From positions 1-44,264 of the forward strand of contig NW_021834940.1 of NCBI RefSeq assembly GCF_006345805.1: a stretch of DNA of 44,264 nucleotides, given 5' to 3'. Below the pieces are notes generated by a model. The model was not told where the DNA came from. It made no database searches and saw only the letters and a program-made list of their open reading frames with translations. Below, piece by piece: positions 12,498-21,610 of the stretch. Both the position numbers and the translations under genes were made by a program. Origin of the DNA: Octopus sinensis (taxonomy: Eukaryota). Position 1 is the first letter of the stretch. The number at the start of each line of letters is the position of its first letter.

Positions 12498-13922
12498 TTA
12501 CGGTTGGGAAAGGGAGCATGACAGTTTAAATCTGCCTGCTTCCCCTTCTTCCGCTGCTGCAGGGCTCTTGACCGGCGTTGCCACTGGGCTCTGGGTGGGT
12601 GTGGTTGCCGGGGTTATTATCAGTTTGCCCTCCATTACCTCCTTGGTCACGTCTCTTATTAGACGGTTCCTCAGATGTTCCTGAAGGACCTCCTCCTTCC
12701 ACTCGTCCTCCCCTACCTTCGCGAAGCGAGCGGTTGCTTTTACATCTGTGGTTCTACTGTACAATACAAATCTTGAGAGTTTGCAACAGTTGTACACTTT
12801 TTCATTTTTCTCATCGAAAGCTATTATCCTTTCGTTCTTTTGTAGGCACTTTTTTATGTCTTGTTTTATGGGGAGGGGCTTGGCAAACTGTTTTCCAATG
12901 AAAACAGTGCCATGGGGGTAGGGTTGGGGGATTTGCTTGATGTGTGTGTCTGCTGTGTTTGCTGTTTTTTTCCTTGTTTGGGGAGGGGAGTCCTGGGTAT
13001 TCTCTTTTTTTCTTTTATGAGTGACTTGTGTGTAGTCCATTAGTTCTGTATGGTCCGCTTTTGTTTCCGTGCTTGTCTTTGTCTTTTTGTTGTCTTTTAC
13101 TGTTTCCTCCCCTTCAGTGTTAGGGGCACTTGGAGGAGGCGTTTCTTCTATTCTTTTTTTCTTAATACAGTTGGATCGGACGTGACCCTTCTCTCCACAC
13201 TTGAAGCATCTGGGTCTACGTCCCTCTACCGAAACTCTCATGGACGTACCGTCCTCATTGAAGAGTCTGTCAGGCAGGCTCTCCAAGATCTTGTTCTCTG
13301 CCTGTACGAGGAGTTCCAGAGTCTGACCCTTCCACCGCACTACCTCTTTCCTTCTCATCTGCAGTACTGTTATCTCTCTTTCAATGTTGTGCAGGACCGC
13401 CGCTGCCACCCACATGATGTCGTACCCTCTGGGTATGTCTTCTACCAGCAACTTCGCAGTTCGCTTCCCCATGTACGAGGGCAGCAGCATGATGTCGTCG
13501 TTTTTCAGGGTCAACGACGACACCTCTCTCGCCACCTCTGCCGTGTCAAAGTGCGCCTCGACCGTAGCACTGCGTGCACCTCTAACGACATGACGAATTC
13601 TGTCCCACACCGGGGACAGGCACTTCTCGACAATTTCATTTTTCACATCCATTATCTTTTTTTCTTTAAAGCTGTACACTTTGTAAATCACAATTCTTTC
13701 CTTAATCTCTTGTACTTTCGCTTGCGGCGGTACAAGCCTTATCTCGCCTCCTTCCACCTTTACCAGGTTCCTGTATTCATATAGCTGTTCGATTTTAAAC
13801 TCGACATCCAACATGGCGCCGCCTACCGCGGCCGAGAATGACTGTTTGGGTACTTCTTTATCCTTATTTTCACTTTTTCCCATCACGGGGAAATCTTCCT
13901 TCGACGTCAAGTCGAACTCCAT
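12498..13922 (-). CDS. Tx1-like ORF1 of copy B, intact (474 aa from MEFDL)
   Basis: Single open frame containing CFKCGEKGHVRSNC followed by a basic low-complexity linker. Confidence 0.9.
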   Translation of the reverse strand: MEFDLTSKEDFPVMGKSENKDKEVPKQSFSAAVGGAMLDVEFKIEQLYEYRNLVKVEGGEIRLVPPQAKVQEIKERIVIYKVYSFKEKKIMDVKNEIVEKCLSPVWDRIRHVVRGARSATVEAHFDTAEVAREVSSLTLKNDDIMLLPSYMGKRTAKLLVEDIPRGYDIMWVAAAVLHNIEREITVLQMRRKEVVRWKGQTLELLVQAENKILESLPDRLFNEDGTSMRVSVEGRRPRCFKCGEKGHVRSNCIKKKRIEETPPPSAPNTEGEETVKDNKKTKTSTETKADHTELMDYTQVTHKRKKENTQDSPPQTRKKTANTADTHIKQIPQPYPHGTVFIGKQFAKPLPIKQDIKKCLQKNERIIAFDEKNEKVYNCCKLSRFVLYSRTTDVKATARFAKVGEDEWKEEVLQEHLRNRLIRDVTKEVMEGKLIITPATTPTQSPVATPVKSPAAAEEGEAGRFKLSCSLSQP

Positions 13923-14138
13923 TTCAAAAAAAAAAAAAAAAATTACCTCCAAGGTAACAAAAATGCAGGTAATACAAAAATTTTCTGCCCCGTAGGGCGA
14001 AAATTACCGTTTTACAACGGGCACTGTTCAAAACAGTTAGCACACACAATAATATCACAACTTCGAACTCTCTTAAATGGAGGCAGCAATTTTCTCACAA
14101 CGCAAACAGAAAAAGAAAGCAATAATGAGAAGAATTGA

Positions 14139-14173
14139 GAAGTGGGACGAGATAAATCGAACGCTGCTTTATA
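14139..14173 (-). promoter_or_regulatory. Candidate TATA box (TATAAAG from 14173) with Initiator CCACTTC (A at 14143)
   Basis: Both match consensus (TATAWA; YYANWYY) with 30-nt spacing. No expression evidence. Confidence 0.5.
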
Positions 14174-14256
14174 AAGAGTTAGGGATTGGGGGGGAGGGAT
14201 TATCAGGTGGAAGCATGAGGAAAGAGAGAGGGGGGAAGGAAGAGAGAGAGAGAGCT

Positions 14257-14870
14257 AAGGAACAACAGGTTTAATTCGTAAGGAATTTTCTGCAACAGAA
14301 ATTACTGAACATCTAGAAACTTCGGGGTCCGAGAAGAACGTAATATAAATAAGAGAGAGAGAAAATATTTCGTAGGGAATTTAGGGTATCTTTGGGGAAA
14401 GGAATAACGACGAAGGAACAACAGGTTTTAAGTTAATACGTAGGGAATCTTCTGCGACAGAAATTACTGAACATCTAGAAACTTCGGGGTTCGAGAAGAA
14501 CGTAATATAAATAAGAGAGAGAGAAAATATTTCGTAGGGAATTTAGGGTATCTTTGGGGAAAGGAATAACGACGAAGGAACAACAGGTTTTAAGTTAATA
14601 CGTAGGGAATTTTCTGCGACAGAAATTACTGAACATCTAGAAACTTCGGGGTTCGATTAAAACATAATATAAATAGGAGAGAGAAAGAGAATATTGTAGT
14701 GAATTCTGGGGATGGAATAACAACGGGATGACACTGAAATTAAAGGAGGAATTTAAAATGCATGACAGACAGGAAGCCATGCATACAAGATGGCGAAACA
14801 AATAATAGAGAAACGGGATTTAGAGTTACGAATCAACGCTTAAAAAAGTGAATATGAATGACAGGTTGTA
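14257..14870. repeat. Second copy of the 162-bp cassette (about 2.5 monomers plus the same flank), ending in (TA)n
   Basis: Monomer starts at 14257, 14413 and 14575. The flank equals 3218-3432. Confidence 0.95.
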
Positions 14871-14939
14871 TATATATAATATATATATATATACATATAT
14901 ATATGTATATATATAGACATATATATTATATATATATAT

Positions 14940-14981
<42 letters not shown>

Positions 14982-15040
14982 TATAGACATATATATATAT
15001 ATACATATATATACACATATCTACATATATATACACACAC

Positions 15041-15073
<33 letters not shown>

Positions 15074-15514
15074 CACAATATATATATATATATATACATA
15101 TATATACACATAATATATATACAATATATATATATATACACATATATATATATACACATATATATATATACACATATATATATATACATATATATATATA
15201 TACACATATATATATATACCACACATATATATATACATATATATATATATACACTTATATATATATATATATACAACATATATATATATATATACACATA
15301 TATATATATTATATACATATATATATATATACACATATATATAATATACACATATATATATATAATATATTATATATACACTTAATATATATATATATAA
15401 TACACATATATATATATATATACATATATATATATTATATATATACATATATATATATACACATTTATATATATATACACACATATATATATATACACAT
15501 ATATATATATATAT

Positions 15515-15553
<39 letters not shown>

Positions 15554-15625
15554 TACATACACATATATATTATATATATATATATATATACATATATACA
15601 TATATATATACACATATATAATATA

Positions 15626-15657
<32 letters not shown>

Positions 15658-15683
15658 ATATATATATATATATACATATATAT

Positions 15684-15750
<67 letters not shown>

Positions 15751-15820
15751 TATACACACACACACACACATATATATATTATATATATATATAATATATA
15801 TATATTATATACATATATAT
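14871..15820. repeat. (TA)n/(TACA)n microsatellite
   Basis: Seen directly. Confidence 0.98.
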
Positions 15821-15911
15821 GATTTGATTTTGATTTCGATTTTTCCAGTTTCAGCTAATGAGCTGTGGCCATGCTGGGGCACCGGCATTTGGTTTGCTGC
15901 ACGGTTTTACC

Positions 15912-18900
15912 TCACGGATGTTTGTTGGCAAACGCCATCTGGTGCATGAGAGAGTTCGATGCAGCTGCTCTCATCTGCACCTCCTGCTGTGAAGTTGGTT
16001 CATCCGGGACACCTGACAGGAAGAGATCCAGTCCTACTTTAAAGTCATCCGCATCCACACCATGTAGGTCCCTCAGGTTGTTCGGGAGGATATTGAAGAG
16101 CCGTGGGCCTCTGAAGCCCAGGCTATCACAATATCTTGTCCTACATCTTGATGGCAAATTTGGAGTCCTTGTACTACACAGTGGCGTCCTGTTCTGGCAT
16201 TTGTGTGACTCTCGATGGCAAAGTCAGGGACAAGGCCTTCCAGGATCTTCCAGATATATATTATGGCATATCTTTCTCGCCTACGCTCCAGGGAATAGAG
16301 CTTTAATCTCTTGAGTCTCTCCCAGTAGCTCATATGCATCACAGAGGCTATCTTCTTCGTGTTGCTTCGTTGGATCGCCTCAAGTTCTGTGATCAGCTTG
16401 ACACTGGACGGTGACCATAGCTGAGAGCAATAGTCAAAGTGGCTTAGGACAAGTGTCTTCCAGAGGACCATCATGGTTTCTTGTTCTCTTGTTCCAAAGG
16501 TTCTAAGAATCCATCCAGCCAGCCGTCTACATTTCATTGTCAGTTTAGCAACATGTACACGAAAGGTCGCGTCATCACTCATGTGAATACCCAGGTCACG
16601 CACTGATTGTGCCTCTGGGATTGCAATCCCTCCGGGTCCAGTGTATTCATTGGGTATTGCATTCAGTTTTGCATGCTGATAGTATAAAGCTTGAAACTTT
16701 TCAGCATTGAACTGCATGCTCTTCTTTTCAGCCCACTTGTATATTTCGTCCAGCTCACATTGCAGGTGTTTAGTGTCCTTAGGGTTCTGTATTGCCTGTG
16801 AAACTTTTGTATCATCTGCATAACTTGTGATCGTGGCTCTCTGCGTGGCTGAGGGCATGTCTGAGAGGGCCATTATGAACAGTAGTGGTCCCGGCACAGT
16901 GCCCTGCGGAACACCGCTCACTATATGTGTGTTAATGGAAGTGGCCCCATTGGCTACTACCACCTGACTTCTATCCTTCAGAAAGTCATGAAGCCATTCT
17001 CCCAGTTTTCCAACTATGTTGAGATCACGCAGTTTGTGACATATCATTCCATGATCGACTTTATCAAAGGCCTTTGCAAAGTCGAGATATATGACTTCCA
17101 CATTTGAGTGGTTGAGCAGTTGTTTCAGCACCCAGTCATAGTGTTGTAGGAGCTGAGTTAAACAGCTTCTCCCCGGTCGGAAACCATGTTGGGTGTCGGG
17201 CAGCAAGTCATTCTCTTCAAGGAAGGTGATCAGCTTCCTTCTGACTATTCGTTCCATGACCTTGCTGATGTGTGAGGTCAGAGAGATAGGTCTATAGTTC
17301 TTGGCTTCCGCTCTGCTACCTCCTTTATGAATGGGGCATATTTTACCTTCTTTCAGTTTTCCTGGAAGTTTGCCAGCTGCAAGGAAGCTCTGAAAGAGGA
17401 ACTGCAGTGGTCTTGCTAGGACTCTCTTACATGCTTTTAGGAGGATTGCCGGGAATCCATCGGGGCCAGTAGCCGAGTCTGTTTTCATTTCATCTATAGC
17501 CTTTGTTACATCGTCTTCCTTTATATCGATGTAATCTATCGTCGCCGCCTCTGATTTTATATCTGCAGTGGTAAAAAAGTCTGTTGGATTGCTGATTTGG
17601 AGATGCCCAAGGGGTGGAGTGAAAACACTCTTGAATTGCTCATTCAGTATTTCACTTACCCTCATTGGTTTTCCTGTAAGTGTGCCATCCTTTTCGAGGA
17701 GTGGCCCTATTCTACAGTGCACTGTAGCTGTTTCTTTGGCATACCTGTAGTAAGCTCTGGGGTAGATTTTATGTTTTCTATAGCCCAGGCTTCTTTGTCT
17801 GCTCTTTCTTTTCATGGGAGAGTGCAGACATTTTTCGATTTCCACAGTTTTATTTTTAGGCGGGACTTTTCACTGCTTTCAATCTGTTTGTTTAGGCGAT
17901 TTGAAAATTTCGTACGCCGTCTCATTAAAATTTTCCTCTCTCTGGGGATTTTGTTCTTGTGTACAGTGGCCTTTCTCTCTGGGACACATTGTAGCATATG
18001 GCTTGCATTACAGACATGAATTGTTGAAGTTTCAAGTCGATGTCTGGCGAGGAGAGACATTTAGGCCAGTTTTTTTGAGGATCTCTTTCTCAATTTGTTT
18101 CCAGTTTGCCTTATGGTAGTTCAAGCTGGAAAGATTTGAGGGTTTCTTGTAGGCTGCATGTCCGTGCTCTCTTTTGGACCGTACATGGTCAGCTCTATCA
18201 TGTTGTGATCCGAGAGTAGTGTCGGTGTCACTTTCACATTATGGATGAGATCCATGTCATTTGTGAAGCAGAGATCCAGTGTGTTACCTGCCCTGGTTGG
18301 TTGGAGTATTACCTGCTCCATGTACAGGGTGTTGATGAGGTTCAGGAGGGACCTCGCCTGTCCTCGTTCACATCTTGTCATTCCTGGGAGAGAAAGGCCC
18401 TCGGGCCATCTGACATTGGGCAGATTGAAGTCTCCCATAAGAAGCACACCTATGTGTTGTTCTAATGTGGTTAGAACTTCTTCTATTTTTATAAGGCAGT
18501 CTTCAAACTTGCCCACATGGCTTGGGGCATCTGGAGGGCGATATGTAGCACACACAACTACATCAAGTTGCCTAATATGTACAATTAGTGTGTCACACAC
18601 CGAGTTTGAGTATGACAAGAGGACCTGGGGTGTGAGGTCCTCACGGATGTACATAGCAACACCTCCATGACTCCTTTCTTTCCTGTCGGTCCGTAGTACA
18701 GCATACTGTGGTATGTGTAACTCCGCATCTGCTATGTCCGGTTTCAGGTGCGTTTCCGTTAGTGCTATGCATAAGGCTTGATTGCATGCAACAAAGTCTC
18801 TCAGGAACGGGATCTTTGTCCTGTTACTGAGTGTTTGCAGTCCTCTGATGTTCAGTAGGAGCATCGAGGTGAGGTGTACGTTGTTGCCGGCGGTGTCCAT
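15912..18900 (-). CDS. Family 1 ORF2 (APE+RT), broken by about 3 frameshifts
   Basis: Pieces 18121-18900, 17812-18060, 16073-17845 and 15912-16157. Confidence 0.88.
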
Positions 18901-19759
18901 CCTGTGTCTGTTTGCTGTGGTGGTCTGGTATATAGTGGGTAGTCCCACCTGCGGGCTTGGGTTTGATGAAGCCAGGTCAGCTGCTGTACAATCTTTTGTG
19001 CCATGCACAAAAAAGATTGTTGCTCAGCAGCTGCCCTTTCGACAACATCATGTTGGCGGTTTGTGGCGCGCAGAACATCTGCGTACCTCCGCTTTTGGGC
19101 AGGTGGTGCGTGGTCCATCCCTTTTCTTTGTGTTGATGGTTTGTCCATCTGCCTCGTGTCTCTGTGGCAGGGTCCCCGATGTGCAAAGCGGCAGCCTGCA
19201 CCTTCCTTTCCATGCCAGCAGGAACCTCTCAGGTAGAACATACACACCCGTGTGCGCTGTTTGGTTCCATCTTTTGCGGTTCCATTCTATTCCTGGTTTT
19301 TTCACCCTTTGGTCCTGCTTGAGCTTTTTCTTTTCCTTTAGCTCTTCCAGTCCTTCTTTTAGTTCTTCTTCCTCCTTCTACCTCTTCTCCGGGTTCTCCG
19401 TCTCCATGGCCCTTGCTGCCGGTTGGAGAACTTGCACCTGGGTTCACTTCCCGGGCAGGTTTCTCATTCAAAACCTCCTCCCGGGCGTCCACCAGGTGGG
19501 GGTGACTTCTTTCATCGTCTCCATTCTTGCCATCTTTGCCCCGCTCGTTCCAAATGGCATCAAGTGCGCCAATGTGCGACCGTACAAGCGCATATGAGCG
19601 CACGAATTCCCGTCTCTTTCGCTCCATCTGAGCCGCTGTCCTCTTGTAGCCTCCGCTCCTTAGCGCAGCCGCAATCATCTCGCTAGGGCTGTCTCCGTCG
19701 GCGCACTTCCAGGCTCGTACAAATAAATCTATTTCGTCAGGTCTCCATGCTCTGGACAT
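18852..19759 (-). CDS. Family 1 ORF1: Myb/SANT-like N-terminus, basic linker and CCCH finger (frameshifted)
   Basis: MSRAWRPDEIDLFVRAW...LRSGGYKRTAAQMERK, then CMFYLRGSCWHGKEGAGCRFAH (19244-19179). Overlaps the ORF2 start by about 50 nt. Confidence 0.75.
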
Positions 19760-19819
19760 GCTGGATAATCCGTCTATCCGTTTATCTATCTAATTATGTT
19801 CGAGAGAAGACAGGGAGAT

Positions 19820-20720
19820 ATTAAGGCTAATTAGAAGATAGAGTACTTGAAAAAGAAATATTAACAATATAAAGTTTGTGGGTAAAAACGTTATTAATCT
19901 TAAGGCTATTAGGGGATAGATATCTGAAAATGTATTAGCAATATTAATATTATATTAGAGTTTGGGTAAAAACGTTATTTAATCTTAAGGCTAATTAGGA
20001 GATAGAGTATCTGAAAATATATTAGCAATATTAATATTATATTAGAGTGTGGGTAAAAACGTTATTTAATCTTAAGGCTAATTAGGAGATAGAGTATCTG
20101 AAAATATATTAGCAATATTAATATTATATTGAGTGTGGGTAATATTAAACGTTATTTAATTTAATCTTAAGGCTAATTAGAAGACAGAGTATCTGAAAAA
20201 TTAGTAACAATATTAAGCAATATTAAACGTTATTTATTTAATCTTAAGGCTAATTAGACGTTATTAATATTAACGTTATTTAATTTAATCTTAAGGCTAA
20301 TTAGAAGATAGAGTATCTGAAAATATATTAGCAATATTAATATTATATTAGAGTGTGTGGGTAAAAACGTTATTTAATCTTAAGGCTAATTAGGAGATAG
20401 AGTATCTGAAAATATATTAGCAATATTAATATTATATTAGAGTGTGGGTAATATTAAACGTTATTTAATTTAATCTTAAGGCTAATTAGAAGATAGAGTA
20501 TCTGATAAATTATTAACAATATTAAACAATATTAAACGTTATTTAATTTAATCTTAAGGCTAATTAACAATAATTATTAACAATATTAAACGTTATTTAA
20601 TTTAATCTTAAGGCTAATTAGAGGTTATTAATATTAAACGTTATTTAATTTAATCTTAAGGCTAATTAGAAGATAGAGTATCTGAAAACGTTGTTTATTC
20701 TTAAGGCTAATTAGAAGACA
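19820..20720. repeat. AT-rich tandem repeats (~85-bp unit with shorter sub-units) upstream of family 1 copy 1; possible 5' UTR monomers
   Basis: Recurring aaacgttatttaatcttaaggctaattag(g/a)agatagagtatctgaaaa. Confidence 0.85.
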
Positions 20721-21297
20721 GAGAGAGACGGAGAGAGAAGGAAGGCGGAAGAAAAAGAAAGTGAGTGAGAATATATTAAAAAATTTATATTAAGGTGTGA
20801 AAAAGGGGTTATTTAATTCTGAAGCCAATTTCTGCCTTCGAGAAGAGATATTGAAAATGTAAACAAACAAAAATGGCGATCGCAACTTTAACTGAGATGT
20901 GGGCCTAAGTGAAGGGGGATAAAATAGAATAATAAACAAAATATGAAATAGATGAAAGTGATACTTAATCCAACCATGTGGTCTGAATTTTTTTTTTTTT
21001 TTTTTTTGGTTTACGGGACTCTTTTCCAGGAGAGATGCTTATTTTTTCTTTCTTGCAGGAGATAACTTGATTCAGTTATTTTTGCACAATGTGCGTTTCG
21101 GCGAAAATGAAAATTACTGTGTATATGTATATATTTATATATATATTTTTTTAAATATTTTTAACCAAAGTGTTGTAGTGATCTCTATGACTTAGAGTTT
21201 TACGTTTTGCAACTACAGTGGGTTATTTCGCCGATCTATGCAAACTTTTTCACAGAGAAGAGGCAATACGTCTCACTCTGCTGAAAACGGAACCGGA

Positions 21298-21338
21298 TAT
21301 ATATACATATATATAATACAATATATATATATATATAT

Positions 21339-21369
<31 letters not shown>

Positions 21370-21375
21370 ACACAC

Positions 21376-21448
<73 letters not shown>

Positions 21449-21520
21449 TATATATATAATATATATATAATTATATATATACATATAATATATATATATA
21501 TATATACATATATATATCTA

Positions 21521-21592
<72 letters not shown>

Positions 21593-21610
21593 TTATATAT
21601 ATATATATAT
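21298..21610. repeat. (TA)n microsatellite
   Basis: Seen directly. Confidence 0.98.

Larger units (their letters stand above)
8801..14145 (-). mobile_element. Tx1/L1-group non-LTR retrotransposon, copy B, fused head-to-tail with copy A
   Basis: Colinear with copy A over its whole length. Its 3' end (tatttctttattatg, 8801) abuts the 5' end of A. Confidence 0.92.
15821..19800 (-). mobile_element. CR1-group (CR1/L2/Crack-like) LINE, family 1, copy 1, with both ORFs and an (AAATC)n tail
   Basis: APE (LLNIRG, TETH, YRPP, GDFN, LDL, SDH) and RT (GVPQG, YADD). Tail gatttgattttgatttcg at 15821. Confidence 0.9.

Noticed and set aside
4749-13995. Antisense ORFs over the LINEs (e.g. 13050-13784, 7508-7954)
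   Set aside because: Shadow frames of the coding strand with no motifs and inconsistent lengths between sister copies.
3752-19759. Frameshifts as programmed recoding or proof of inactivity
   Set aside because: They are single-base indels, often in homopolymers, at different places in sister copies, and similar indels pepper the satellites. Sequencing error or neutral decay is more likely.
20900-21297. Unique AT-rich stretch, possibly host sequence or a DNA-transposon end
   Set aside because: No ORF, terminal repeat or homology within the window to support a call.
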